Origin: a virus
Lineage: Duplodnaviria > Caudoviricetes
Direction: 5' to 3' (one strand)
Virus record (IMG/VR): IMGVR_UViG_3300002597_000001
Coordinates: 1-64,000 of that record
DNA: 64,000 nucleotides
The position numbers and the translations under genes are program-made. Of the stretch, positions 1-10,528 are shown piece by piece; position 1 is the first letter of the stretch, and every line of letters begins with the position of its first letter. The notes under the pieces were generated by a model. It worked only from the letters and a program-made list of their open reading frames with translations. It was not told the origin of the DNA and searched no databases.

Positions 1-226
1 GTTGAACCTTCTCCTGTTCGGAGCTTGGCTGCTGATTACCTATTTTCCAGTGTTTAGGGTTTAACCTTGCACCATCCAACAGATTCTTTCTACTTTCGTC
101 ACCATCACGCTTTGGCATTTTTCATCCATACGTTGTGGTCCTGTTGGCTTTAAGGATTTCCAGCAATTCAATGCGTCAATTTCTCATGCCGCTCACGCGA
201 CACGCAGGCTATAAAAATAAATGTTA
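1..226 (-). ncRNA. Group I intron (5' part; runs off the window) interrupting the capsid gene
   Basis: The minus strand has the core elements P (GAATTGCTGGAAATCC), Q (AATCAGCAGCCAAGC) and the start of R (AAGGTTCAAC). In P1, exon CAGGU pairs with the guide GCCUG, with a U.G wobble at the splice site after nt 227. Confidence 0.88.
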
Positions 227-621
227 ACCTGACGATTTTTCCAGGTTGGCTTCAGCTCGGTGAAGTCAATGAAGCTGCGATCCACGTTGCCACCCTTAGC
301 CGCCTCATAAGCAACCAGAGTGTTCTTTGGGTTCTTGGTAGCAAAGTAGTCATCGTTCTCATCAACGGAGCCGCGATCAAAGATCTGATCCAGCAGCTCA
401 TCGGGAGCATTCACGATCTCCTCGTTGATGGTCCGACGGATAAAAGCGGCGATCTCGTGATTGGGATCATGACCCTCTTCGCCGATCTTCTTAAACTGAC
501 GATCCAGCTCGGCAACAGCCGTGCTCTCGTTATCAGTCATCACATAGCCAGCGTTGGTCTTGCAAGCCAGCTCATACATATCCACGCCGTTCAGGATCTC
601 GGCAATTTCGACAGTATTCAT
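227..621 (-). CDS. Probable major capsid protein, exon 1
   Basis: Strong RBS (AAGGAAAGGAG). Follows the protease/scaffold and a small head gene, as in SPbeta-like gene order. The frame is broken by the intron after ...KNRQ(V). Confidence 0.65.
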
Positions 622-653
622 AACGTCTTGATCTCCTTTCCTTAAATATTCAA

Positions 654-1136
654 TTAGGACTCAGTGCTGGCAGCACCGGGTTCAACCACTTCGATATGAA
701 GCAGAGCGTGGCCAGCATCGTCATAAATCTTTGTGGCAAGATATTTGGAATTGCCAGAGGCGGTAGTCCACTTACCATCGGTGCCAACCTCGACATACAC
801 AGGGGAAGTCAGAGTGGAAGTGGTGAACTCAGTATCGTCGTACTGATCAGTGCCGAAAGCAGAGTCATCACGATAGCTATACAGAACAACACAATCACCC
901 TTGGGGACGGTGTTGTACTCCTCAAAGTAATCACTCAGGTCTGCTCCGGCATAAATGCCAGTAGCGATAGGCTGCTTGGCGACGAGGAAAATACCCTCGG
1001 CAGTAGCGGCGGTAGGCAGCTTGGCCAGACCAGTAGCATAATCCTTCACAACGCCCATGCCGGTCTTCAGTTCGACATCAGCCTTGAAGTAAGCGGCGGG
1101 AGCGTCCGCGCCATTTACACGAAATTCACGAAGCAT
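654..1136 (-). CDS. Putative head decoration/structural protein
   Basis: 160 aa, RBS GAAAGGA, lies between the scaffold and capsid genes. Confidence 0.55.
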   Translation of the reverse strand: MLREFRVNGADAPAAYFKADVELKTGMGVVKDYATGLAKLPTAATAEGIFLVAKQPIATGIYAGADLSDYFEEYNTVPKGDCVVLYSYRDDSAFGTDQYDDTEFTTSTLTSPVYVEVGTDGKWTTASGNSKYLATKIYDDAGHALLHIEVVEPGAASTES

Positions 1137-1152
1137 TCGTAATCATCCTTTC

Positions 1153-2676
1153 TTAATAGCTTTTATTGATATAAGCGGAGAGGATGGACACATCCTCGTC
1201 ATCGCTGATTTCCAGATTCAGCTCCGCAGTTTCTGGCTCCGTCTTTGTCTCGGATACCTCGACCTCAGCGGGCTTCTCGTTCTGGAGAGATGCCATGAAC
1301 CGGTCTGCAATCAGCTGTTTAATACCAACCTCATTAAGCTCGGAAATCATGGTCTTAATATCGCCATCCTCAGAAATCTCCTCGGATGTGACAAAACCGC
1401 TCTTGAGCGCATATTGCGCCAGAGCGGAAACCTTAACCTGCCGCTCGGCCTCAAGCTTCTCAGCCTCAGCCTTTTCGGCAGCCTCTTTATAGGGACGCAA
1501 CTCAGTAAGTTCTGCTTCCAGACCTTTGATTCGTTGACTCGCCTCAACAAGCGCCTCATTCTTTTCAGCGATCATCTGGCTCATCGCTACAGGAGTTGCC
1601 TCCAACCGTACCTTGATACCATCGTCTACAGTGACTTCTTCACCGTTCACGGCGTAGGAGAACTGCATAAACTCCAGCTCGCCATAACTGCAATCCCATA
1701 CATGAACAAGAGCAATATGCTCCTCTGGAAGCAGGAATGCAACATGTCCGTCAATGTGCTTATCTCTAGCAAGCGTCATGCTGATTTTCTCGTGTAAGTC
1801 ACGATCAGTCAGCGCACTGACCTCAGTCTCCGGCTCTGTGGGGGCTTCCTCAGAAGCCTCAGTTTCGGCCTCTGCCTCCGGTTCGCTGGCTTCTACACTC
1901 TCGGTATCTTCAGAAACCTCGGTCTCTTCGGACGTAGGTTCCTCAACAACAGGTTCGGCAGTATCTACGACAGGCTCCTCGGAAATTTCGGGAGTCTGAA
2001 CCTCAATCTCTTCCGAGATCACGGTTTCCATGTCCATAGAACTTTCCTCCTTTTTGTAGTTTGCTACATCACTTGAAATTGCCTGCTCCAATTCAATGTC
2101 TTCCTCGGATTCAGCAACCTCAAGCAATTGCGAACTGTCATAAGCGGGAGGATGGTTCCGACCAAGTGCGCAAAGGGCAGTAAATGTACCGTTGTCAATT
2201 ACTTTGATATCTCCATCCATATGGGATTCAGAAACAATGATTTCCCAGCTTGTATGAAGCGTCCCTTCTGCAACTCGTTCCGCAATCAGGTTACACACAT
2301 TCGGGTAGCGCCGCCAGATTTCAGCAGTACCGACAACATATTCTTGTCCTTCAATGCTCTCAATCCCAGCAGATACAAAAGTTCCAATGGCCTCTGTATC
2401 AAAAACAACCTCCGTCTGTTGCTCACCTTGGGAGTTGGTAATGGTTGCCACACGCATGTTGTGGCCCGTGAAGTCTCCGTTAAAACCAATCCTTCCGACC
2501 AGTGGCTGGTTAATCAACGTGCTGACCCACGGTTCAATTGTCTCTCTATTCAATTTCACACCGTTGTGGTTAACGCCAAAATCACACAGACAAAACTTTG
2601 CTACAAGATTGCCATTCGAAGCGTTTTCGGCAAGTTCCACACGGTTAGAAATATAAGAGACATTTTCATTTCCCAT
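1153..2676 (-). CDS. Putative prohead protease/scaffold protein
   Basis: N-terminal protease-like region (F.GH..., TSWEI, ALCALG..PAY), a very acidic linker and a coiled-coil C-terminus. Follows the portal gene. Confidence 0.65.
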   Translation of the reverse strand: MGNENVSYISNRVELAENASNGNLVAKFCLCDFGVNHNGVKLNRETIEPWVSTLINQPLVGRIGFNGDFTGHNMRVATITNSQGEQQTEVVFDTEAIGTFVSAGIESIEGQEYVVGTAEIWRRYPNVCNLIAERVAEGTLHTSWEIIVSESHMDGDIKVIDNGTFTALCALGRNHPPAYDSSQLLEVAESEEDIELEQAISSDVANYKKEESSMDMETVISEEIEVQTPEISEEPVVDTAEPVVEEPTSEETEVSEDTESVEASEPEAEAETEASEEAPTEPETEVSALTDRDLHEKISMTLARDKHIDGHVAFLLPEEHIALVHVWDCSYGELEFMQFSYAVNGEEVTVDDGIKVRLEATPVAMSQMIAEKNEALVEASQRIKGLEAELTELRPYKEAAEKAEAEKLEAERQVKVSALAQYALKSGFVTSEEISEDGDIKTMISELNEVGIKQLIADRFMASLQNEKPAEVEVSETKTEPETAELNLEISDDEDVSILSAYINKSY

Positions 2677-2872
2677 CGCTTACACCTCCTTCCGTTTTGA
2701 CAGTTCCGAATTCATAGCCGTGATCTCTAAGTATTTTCACGGTTTCAGAATTCTCTTGTATATCAAAAGACCGGAGGGCCACCCCACCGGTCTTACTGAT
2801 AATAACATCCAATATCATCCCGCAATGGGGACAATTCACCTTGATGATATCTGGGTCACAATTGTTCATCAT
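2666..2872 (-). CDS. Small hypothetical protein with CPHC motif
   Basis: Fills the gap between portal and protease with short overlaps. Confidence 0.45.
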   Translation of the reverse strand: MMNNCDPDIIKVNCPHCGMILDVIISKTGGVALRSFDIQENSETVKILRDHGYEFGTVKTEGGVSDGK

Positions 2873-4472
2873 AGTGCTCCTCATCGTAGGACTGCTTGTC
2901 CTCGTCGTTGCTGTCTTCCTCTGGCGGGCGACCAGCATCGTTATCACCATTCGAAGGACTATATGTATAGGCGGTCGCGTGAGGTGTAAAGGTGGCGTGG
3001 TAATCCAGCCCTTCTTCCGCCTTACGTAATGCGGCCTCTGATTTAACATCCAAACCAACCAAGCCATATGCTGTCTCATACGAACAGCCAAGCGTATTGT
3101 AAAGGAACGCGGCAAGGTCAAGCCGGATATTCAGATCGTTAGACTCTGCATCATCAATGCGGAACTTCGGGCACAGATCCAGAGGAAATCCATTATCCTC
3201 AAGAAGAGCTTCATAAAAATGCTCGATCACACGATTTAAATCTGTGGCCACAGAATTAATCATTCGCAGAAGCAAAGACACGTTGGTTTTTGCAACGCTT
3301 GTAGTAGACCCAGAATCCAAGAATGGGAGTCCTAGAGCCCTGAGTAGGTCACCGGTATACATCTCATAAAGAGACTTATAGTCTGTCTCGGTAGACTTCG
3401 GCGTAACATATACCAAATCCTCTACAGCGGGCGCCGCTGTATATAAACATGAACTGGTCTTCAGCGCCGCAGCGGCTTCCGCGTGTGCGTGTTGCTGATC
3501 GACAAGCCCCTTCTTGCCATTCTCCAATAGTTCCTTGCGGAGCTTCTGAAAAATGATCTTTCTGGCCCGCGCCCTGGAATCGCTCAGATCTGCGGCTTGC
3601 AGATTGTTCAGAATAATCAGCGGCTTTAACCCCTTGAACAAATAAGAAACGCCATACAACCGCCCAAGGTCATCAATCTTCAGCATACCGCTATACTTTG
3701 TTGACAGTCTGCAAATGTTTTCTTTGGCGTTGTATGCAGTATATACCTCTGTTGGATAGTTAGCCTTAACCTCTGGCTTCATAGACTCAAAATAGATTTT
3801 CTTGTTCTTTCTTGTCTTCGGATAAACCTTCTGCAACTTAGCCTGTAATTGCTTGATATCAAATTGCAGAATATCGTTTCCCCTTGTTTTGTACCCAGAT
3901 GGCTGACATATATCCAGCGGGTAGTGATCAATAATGGCAGAATTGCCGCTAGTCATCCTCAAGTACAGGCTGTAGTTTCCCTCCGCAATGGTTCCGGCAA
4001 TTGCTTCCTGAATCACATCTTCAAGGCCAACATCTTTGTTAAATGACTCAATTAGATATTTGACATCTCTGAGTTGTTCTGCCCGAGACTCGTCCTGCTC
4101 AAGCTCCCCCCAGCTAAGATTATAGGTAGATGGCACGTTCTCTTTCATGATTTCGTAGCACCGACCAAAAATCCCATTTGCATGAATCTGCTGCCTGATT
4201 ATCGCATTTGCACGCTGAACCTTATCCAGAGAGCTGTTAATCCCCAGCGCCAGCTCGTCAACTAACGACAAAGTCAGATCATACTTACTCGTACTATCCT
4301 TGAGAATGGTGGAAGAAGTATCTATTTTCCGCCCATTGTAATTGCGGATCATCGCCAGTTCCAACTCTTTTTCATATTGATTAATCTCTTCCCACGAAGA
4401 AGCGGAGCTAATCAAATAGGTGTCTTGATCGATCTCGGTCGGCCCCAGAACCACCTCGAAATTATCTGCCAT
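2856..4472 (-). CDS. Putative portal protein
   Basis: 538 aa, directly after the large terminase; acidic C-terminus with AGRP, typical of portals. Confidence 0.75.
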   Translation of the reverse strand: MADNFEVVLGPTEIDQDTYLISSASSWEEINQYEKELELAMIRNYNGRKIDTSSTILKDSTSKYDLTLSLVDELALGINSSLDKVQRANAIIRQQIHANGIFGRCYEIMKENVPSTYNLSWGELEQDESRAEQLRDVKYLIESFNKDVGLEDVIQEAIAGTIAEGNYSLYLRMTSGNSAIIDHYPLDICQPSGYKTRGNDILQFDIKQLQAKLQKVYPKTRKNKKIYFESMKPEVKANYPTEVYTAYNAKENICRLSTKYSGMLKIDDLGRLYGVSYLFKGLKPLIILNNLQAADLSDSRARARKIIFQKLRKELLENGKKGLVDQQHAHAEAAAALKTSSCLYTAAPAVEDLVYVTPKSTETDYKSLYEMYTGDLLRALGLPFLDSGSTTSVAKTNVSLLLRMINSVATDLNRVIEHFYEALLEDNGFPLDLCPKFRIDDAESNDLNIRLDLAAFLYNTLGCSYETAYGLVGLDVKSEAALRKAEEGLDYHATFTPHATAYTYSPSNGDNDAGRPPEEDSNDEDKQSYDEEHYDEQL

Positions 4473-4483
4473 AATTCACCTCC

Positions 4484-6334
4484 TTACATAGGCAATACGG
4501 ACACACAGAGAGGTGCCCGCGTAATATCTTCTTCTTCAATTTTGCGCGACTCAAGGGCCGCGCCACGTCGCTTTTGGTATAAGCAATGAGCGAGCATAAT
4601 AGCGACATATGCCCGGTCATCATGTCCGGTGTTGGTTGATTCTCTCGTCATTGCATAGTTCGTAACTGTACGAGCAGCATTCTCTGTCTTGGAAATAGAT
4701 GTGAGCTCAGTCTTCATTAAATCTATATTTTTCAGACTGAGTATCTCCTCTTTTGACAAATCCTTAGTAACCCAGATGTCTTCGCCATTTTTATCTTGCC
4801 CAGAAATATAAGACACAGAATCGCCATCCAATTCTTTTGGGTATCTAATAAGTCCAGAGTTTGACAAATCAATAAATTCCTCGAACATTTGACTACGATA
4901 TTTCTTCGGGGATATTACACGAAGCTTGTCTATTGCATCTGGATACATCTCCAAATAATTTGAAGCCGAATAGATATCATATGTGGTGTCTATAAGACCA
5001 TGGTGTGTGTGGCCAGTGTCATCATTCCAATCATTCAGCAATCCGTCTGCATATGTTGAAACGCCACCACCACCAGAACCTGCATCAATCAAAACCTGAT
5101 TGATATATTCATAATCAACTGCGGTATTTCCGCTAAAATCAACAAGAATGTTCCTCAAGCCAGCCAACTGCCTGTTGCTGTCAAGTTTGACATTGATATC
5201 TGATTCTGTATCAATAAAGTTCACGCAATGACAGATCTCCCCGATCCAGCCGTAGTCGTGGTCTTGGTACATCCGCATAACTCCAGCTATGCTATTATCG
5301 CCGACTCTCGCCGGGTCGAATGCAATTGCATATTCATAGCCAGGTTCCCACGCAAGTGATGGCAAGGTGAATGTCTCGTTCTTCCTGATGGTACCCCAGC
5401 GAACAATAGCAGACGCACCAGCATCACTGGTGGCACAGTTATAATATTCCCTGTTAGCCTTTGATGGGTTCGCCTTCATAGCCTGGTCTACCTTGCTCTG
5501 CGTAAGCAAAGGGGCATATTGCTTCCCATACATAAAAGTATTCATAGCAACGTCGGCAGTATAATCAAGCACGAAATAATCTCTGTCACCAGCCAACATA
5601 CGTTTGGTATACTCAATATAGTGCCTATAGAAGGTAGTATTAATTGAATCCTGCGAAGAAGCATAGATTAGCTTAGTCGGCGGCTGGAGTTTTTCAAGAG
5701 AAGGGTCATAGTTGACGTCTGTAGACGTTGTAAATCCAGTATCCTGAACGGCAAAAGCTTCGCCAACAACAATTAACTCATCATCTGTAAATGCGGCCTC
5801 GTCAAAGAAGACGATAGACGCACGGCGAGATCTCGCACTGTCAGGGTTCGAGTTGAGCGTATGCAGCTTAGAGCCGTTATACCACCCAACGCTATACCCA
5901 GATGTATTATGACTAAAGCCGGTTTTATTAGTAGGAGACTTAACTGTCTCCTGTGCGGGAATATCTGTCAAGTCTCTAAAAGATGAAGCAGTTTTGCCAG
6001 ATCGCAGGACTAGTGATTCCAATTTGCTAAAAGTTTCTTTCGCCTGATCGCCAACGGAACTAAGGATAAACATCTCCTGATCAAAGAAAAGCAGACCCCA
6101 AAGTTGGAGGAATATATCCCCCCAAAAACTTTTGCCCAAATCTCGCCCCCAGCACAACACTATGTGAGACGCAAACCAAGCACCCATAAGAGCATATTTC
6201 TGGTAATCCAGCAATTCTACGCCTAGCAAATCTCTGGCGGCAATTATCGGATTCCTTCTCCAATAGGCAATAGTCTTCGCGTCAGCCTCATATACTTTGC
6301 GGCGAGCAGAACTTATATATGTTTTCTTAGCCAT
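4484..6334 (-). CDS. terL: Terminase large subunit
   Basis: Walker A-like GRDLGKS, Walker B FFDEAAF, nuclease motifs AFDPA and HDDRAY. ATG at 6334 has an RBS. Confidence 0.9.
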   Translation of the reverse strand: MAKKTYISSARRKVYEADAKTIAYWRRNPIIAARDLLGVELLDYQKYALMGAWFASHIVLCWGRDLGKSFWGDIFLQLWGLLFFDQEMFILSSVGDQAKETFSKLESLVLRSGKTASSFRDLTDIPAQETVKSPTNKTGFSHNTSGYSVGWYNGSKLHTLNSNPDSARSRRASIVFFDEAAFTDDELIVVGEAFAVQDTGFTTSTDVNYDPSLEKLQPPTKLIYASSQDSINTTFYRHYIEYTKRMLAGDRDYFVLDYTADVAMNTFMYGKQYAPLLTQSKVDQAMKANPSKANREYYNCATSDAGASAIVRWGTIRKNETFTLPSLAWEPGYEYAIAFDPARVGDNSIAGVMRMYQDHDYGWIGEICHCVNFIDTESDINVKLDSNRQLAGLRNILVDFSGNTAVDYEYINQVLIDAGSGGGGVSTYADGLLNDWNDDTGHTHHGLIDTTYDIYSASNYLEMYPDAIDKLRVISPKKYRSQMFEEFIDLSNSGLIRYPKELDGDSVSYISGQDKNGEDIWVTKDLSKEEILSLKNIDLMKTELTSISKTENAARTVTNYAMTRESTNTGHDDRAYVAIMLAHCLYQKRRGAALESRKIEEEDITRAPLCVSVLPM

Positions 6335-7415
6335 CTCGCAACTCCTTGTTCTCAATTTTAACAAGGCGCAATTCTTCTTTTGTATCATCAAGCTCTGTCT
6401 GTAACTTCTGAATCATCTCGCGTTGCATCATAAAGATCTCTTGGCGGTCATTCTCGTCAAACAAGCAATGTTCCATCAGCGCCTTGTTTGACTGCTCAAT
6501 CGCCCAAAGAGTCCCCGGAGATCGAAGCATGTCATAGAAATTTACTTCGGCCTCTCCAAAATCTTTATCCCTGAGATCTTTCATTAACGCAGTAAGAGTG
6601 CCTTTGCCCACTTGCTTCGTAGAGCGGTTTCTCACAGAGATTTCATTTTCTTTTGAGATGGAGTTTATGTTTGACACAAGATCCTTTTTTACTGCGGTTA
6701 ATGACTTGATTTCTGCCCCATCCTTTGCCGGATTCAACTTTGCCATCTGCAAATCCAACGCCCTGATCTGATTGTTGCTAATAACAATCTGTATAACCAT
6801 GTTGAGTTTAAAGGGATCTTCTAGCAAATCTTCGTCAAGATAATTCAACAAATCGCCATACAATATCTTGCGGTCCGCATCTGCAAAACCATCAAAGGGG
6901 TCGTACCCCAAAAGGTCAACACATTCTTTTTTATTTCGCTTGTCCTCTCTGCTCCATCGGGCTTCACGGTCATCATCGTACCTAGCTCCAAGTTCCTCGT
7001 TTCCCATCTCTCCCTCTATAATTGAGGTAATGAAAGACTTTTTTGTGTTCTGCTTTGCGTTAAGTTGCCGCATATAAAGTCCAAAGTCAAACTCAGCACC
7101 AGTGTTGATCCTCGACTCATAGACATCGCCGATAAATGGAGCATCAATAAAATGACAGAGCATCATTGTTGCGAGCCGCTCACCATGTCGTTCGCGGAGA
7201 ATCCTAAACTTTCCAGCAAGGCAATCCTTACAAAACAAGCACCTACCGTCATACTCTGTCCAAATCATAGACCCCTTGGTTTTATAGAAACCAGTCTCGT
7301 CCAGTTCCTGATGACAGATAAGACATTTATATTTTGGCTTAGGGGCTGAAGGCTTGCGTTTTGCTGCCTTGACCCCAATTTTTTTGCCAGAACTGTTTAA
7401 ACTCGTGGTAGCCAT
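6327..7415 (-). CDS. Zn-finger protein, putative terminase small subunit (SPbeta YonG-like position)
   Basis: CxxC...CxxC at the N-terminus; overlaps the terL start. Confidence 0.5.
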   Translation of the reverse strand: MATTSLNSSGKKIGVKAAKRKPSAPKPKYKCLICHQELDETGFYKTKGSMIWTEYDGRCLFCKDCLAGKFRILRERHGERLATMMLCHFIDAPFIGDVYESRINTGAEFDFGLYMRQLNAKQNTKKSFITSIIEGEMGNEELGARYDDDREARWSREDKRNKKECVDLLGYDPFDGFADADRKILYGDLLNYLDEDLLEDPFKLNMVIQIVISNNQIRALDLQMAKLNPAKDGAEIKSLTAVKKDLVSNINSISKENEISVRNRSTKQVGKGTLTALMKDLRDKDFGEAEVNFYDMLRSPGTLWAIEQSNKALMEHCLFDENDRQEIFMMQREMIQKLQTELDDTKEELRLVKIENKELRDG

Positions 7416-7549
7416 CTGCCGCCTCCTTAAAATCAAATATAAATAAGAATGGTGGCTGGGCAGGCGCCCAGCCACATATAGTCACCACGGCATATATAGA
7501 AAATATGAAAGGAGGTAGTGTAAGGAAGAGGTTTTGCCGTGGTATAAAA

Positions 7550-8377
7550 CTATTGTATGATACTTGCAAGTTCCGCCACAGCGGACCGCTCCGTCTTTTG
7601 AAGCTCTACATATCCAAAGAGCGGATTGCCAGCCAGTGATCTAACAATTGCTTCAATCCCACTATCGCGTTCAAACTTTTTATGATCAGTCTGTGCCGTA
7701 TCTCCATCTAACCATAACTGACTTCCTTCTCCTATACGGCTCAAAAGCAATGCCGCATGGGCGGCAGTGAGATTTTCCGCCTCCGAACACAACACGATTG
7801 AGTTTTTAATGTCTCGACCTCTGATGAATCCAAGGTGCTGAATCTCAACCCGACCGTCATCCATTGCATTGCGTAGTCCTTCTTCTCCGCCCAAATGATC
7901 AATGAGTGGAGCTGCCCATACAATCATCTTGTCAATGAATGACCCAGGCAAATATCCAATATCATTGCTGTCTTTGGTTACGTAGTTGTTACGTATCCAC
8001 ACAAGCCTATCAGCATCCCCACGCAACACCATGTTTAGGGCGTGGGTGACCATAAGCATTGTTTTACCAGACCCCCATCTGCCAGTAAGCAGACGGACCC
8101 CAAGGTGTGGATTTTGAAGCATGTCAAATGCAAGCTCCTGCTCAGTGTTTTTCGGAGCAATTTTACCGCTATGCTCATTTTTAAATCTTTTAAATGAGAG
8201 GGGAGTGTATTTCCCACCATCCCACCTTACTTTGTCCACGATTTTCCCAGAGGAATCCTTCAGAATAGCATACTCATTACACCTGAGTTGAAAAATATTT
8301 TCCGCCGGGTTCTCATAAAAGGCAACCATTTCAGCATCATCAACGAACTGAACCACCTCGAAGCCTTTATATTCCAA
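7550..8377 (-). CDS. phoH: PhoH family ATPase
   Basis: GRWGSGKT, IGYLPGS, GFIRGR, EAEN and GDTAQTD motifs. TTG start after GAGGTG. Confidence 0.9.
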   Translation of the reverse strand: MEYKGFEVVQFVDDAEMVAFYENPAENIFQLRCNEYAILKDSSGKIVDKVRWDGGKYTPLSFKRFKNEHSGKIAPKNTEQELAFDMLQNPHLGVRLLTGRWGSGKTMLMVTHALNMVLRGDADRLVWIRNNYVTKDSNDIGYLPGSFIDKMIVWAAPLIDHLGGEEGLRNAMDDGRVEIQHLGFIRGRDIKNSIVLCSEAENLTAAHAALLLSRIGEGSQLWLDGDTAQTDHKKFERDSGIEAIVRSLAGNPLFGYVELQKTERSAVAELASIIQ

Positions 8378-8390
8378 AGAACCACCTCGA

Positions 8391-9023
8391 TTATTTGATC
8401 TCTTCCAGCGTATCAATTACCTTGTGAGCAATCCCATACTCAAGCTGTTCGTCTGTACTCAGATACCAGTCCTGCGCTTTGCGCTTTGCGAAAGTTTTTT
8501 CCGGGATACTTGTCCGGCTCATGATATACTCACGCATATGCTTAACCTCACGGTCGTAGGCCGCTTGTGCCTGGGCCATTTGCTCATATGTTCCAGCCAT
8601 ACCAGCAACAGAGCCAGAGTGAATCAGTGCTTGACTATGTTTGAAAGCGTACCGGCGCTCACCGGCAAGAAAGATCAGAAGTCCGGCACTCATAGCAACG
8701 CCGACATTTACGGTGATAACTGGCGTAACGCTTGCTTCACACGCGGCGATTAGCGCAAATGCCGCAGACAGTTCGCCACCATAGCTGTAAATATACAGCG
8801 TAATTGGCTTGCGATCCTCGGCTGGCTTTCCGGCGTCCTGCATGTTGATATAAATAATGCTTTTGATAAATTCGGTAAGTGTTTCGTCAATATCAGTATC
8901 TATAAAGAAAGATCGCTCCTCTGCAAGCCTCCAATAATTCACCATCTCTGGAGACGGCAGCTGTAGATTTTCAAGATTTGCAGGGAGCTGAAGTTCAAAA
9001 AGATCCAATAATAAATCCTCCAT
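8391..9023 (-). CDS. clpP: ClpP-like protease
   Basis: LYIYSYGG, catalytic Ser in AMSAG, His in LIHS, DWYLS...YG. Confidence 0.85.
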   Translation of the reverse strand: MEDLLLDLFELQLPANLENLQLPSPEMVNYWRLAEERSFFIDTDIDETLTEFIKSIIYINMQDAGKPAEDRKPITLYIYSYGGELSAAFALIAACEASVTPVITVNVGVAMSAGLLIFLAGERRYAFKHSQALIHSGSVAGMAGTYEQMAQAQAAYDREVKHMREYIMSRTSIPEKTFAKRKAQDWYLSTDEQLEYGIAHKVIDTLEEIK

Positions 9024-10228
9024 TAGTTCAAGATAAATGTTTCTGTTGTGGTGTGACCGAACTCAGAATCAAAACCATAAATACGAGCCGCAGATTTTGC
9101 GCCCTTTCTAAGCTTGTCTGAATAAGGATCAGATCCAACAATCCCCGGAGCAACCAAAACCTCTACGTTGTGTCCATCGCGCTCACCAACAATCAGTTCT
9201 TCTCCGGCATGAAAGTGTCCGCAGAAAATTACTGAATACCAGCATTGATGTAACCCGGAATAGTCCTTTATGGCCGTGTTAAGATTGGAGACTTGATGCC
9301 CATGTAGTGCCAAACACTTTTCATCAAAAATATCAAATGCCACATAGTCCCGGCTTAGATCTGTATGCACGGAGACACGGTCATTCATTATAAGCATATC
9401 GCTGATGTAGCTGATAATAATCCGCTCCATATCTTCCGTAGCAAGTTCGTTTGCCTTGCTTCCTAGCGGCCTCGTCTGGGTATGGTTTGCAGCAGACACA
9501 GCATAGAAGTCTATAGTGCAATAAGCCGAGAGTTCGTTTAAGAACTGTGCTAATATGCGTGATATTTCCACCACACAATCAACGACCGGGATATCATTAA
9601 GATTAATATCTGTATATCTCAGTAACCCCTGGATTGAGTCGCCCAATGACAGAACATACAAATGTGTGAGTTCGTTCCTTTGTACATAGTCAATCACTTG
9701 CCCACAGAGATCTTCAAGCCGCTCTTTCGCAATTTGTCTGGAATAACAATTATTCTCGGACTCAAACGTAGATCCATAATGTATATCAGATATAGTCAGC
9801 ACATACTCCCTCTCATTATCAGGCGCGGGGAGGGGGCGAAAATTCGGAATGGGGAGCGCCTCTACGGCCTCAGCAATCTTTTCATAAAACGCGGAGAACC
9901 TAGACTGAACACGAAGTTGCCTTGTCAGTTCAAGCTTCTCTGCTTGAAGTTTCTGACGTTCCATCGCCAACTCTGTCTTGGCCCGCATCATCTGATCCAG
10001 AGATTCTGTGTCAACAACGAAACCCGCACCGAGGGCTTGGGAACCTCCCACATTGCCAACGGTACGGGCGTATTGTTTTCTATATCTGCTTTCGGAATAA
10101 TCCTGTCCGAGCTCGTCATTAATGATCTGAGCGATTTCGTCCCACTTCTTGTCCAGAACATCCTTCATACTACACATACGAAGTTCGTATGCTTCTGCGG
10201 ACTCACCGGGGTTGCGATGCAGATTCAT
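9023..10228 (-). CDS. Metallophosphoesterase (calcineurin-like)
   Basis: SDIHYG, LGD, ANH, HGH and GHFH motifs. Confidence 0.85.
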   Translation of the reverse strand: MNLHRNPGESAEAYELRMCSMKDVLDKKWDEIAQIINDELGQDYSESRYRKQYARTVGNVGGSQALGAGFVVDTESLDQMMRAKTELAMERQKLQAEKLELTRQLRVQSRFSAFYEKIAEAVEALPIPNFRPLPAPDNEREYVLTISDIHYGSTFESENNCYSRQIAKERLEDLCGQVIDYVQRNELTHLYVLSLGDSIQGLLRYTDINLNDIPVVDCVVEISRILAQFLNELSAYCTIDFYAVSAANHTQTRPLGSKANELATEDMERIIISYISDMLIMNDRVSVHTDLSRDYVAFDIFDEKCLALHGHQVSNLNTAIKDYSGLHQCWYSVIFCGHFHAGEELIVGERDGHNVEVLVAPGIVGSDPYSDKLRKGAKSAARIYGFDSEFGHTTTETFILN

Positions 10229-10395
10229 CAGGCGGCACCGCCTTCCCGGAACCGCCTCAGATACTTCATTGCTGACGGGACCTCCGACATGTAGTAGCGA
10301 TGGCGCTTAGACTGTTGCTGAGAAGTACGGCGGATATGTACGTTTGGAAACTTTGACCGGATAGCATTGGCTTCCTCTTTAGTAATGAGAACTAT
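10228..10395 (-). CDS. Small basic protein, 55 aa, ATA start (absent from the ORF track)
   Basis: RBS GAAAGGT, then ATA GTT CTC ATT ACT AAA GAG...; the stop overlaps the next ATG (TGATG). Confidence 0.6.
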   Translation of the reverse strand: MVLITKEEANAIRSKFPNVHIRRTSQQQSKRHRYYMSEVPSAMKYLRRFREGGAA

Positions 10396-10528
10396 AGTAA
10401 TCTACCTTTCGTAATAAATTTGATATAAAACTCTCTTATATCATAAAAGGCAGAATCAAACTATTTTTTGTAGTCTTCAAAAGCGTTGCCTACCAGATTC
10501 TTCCAGAACGGTCTGTTTTATTTCTCTT

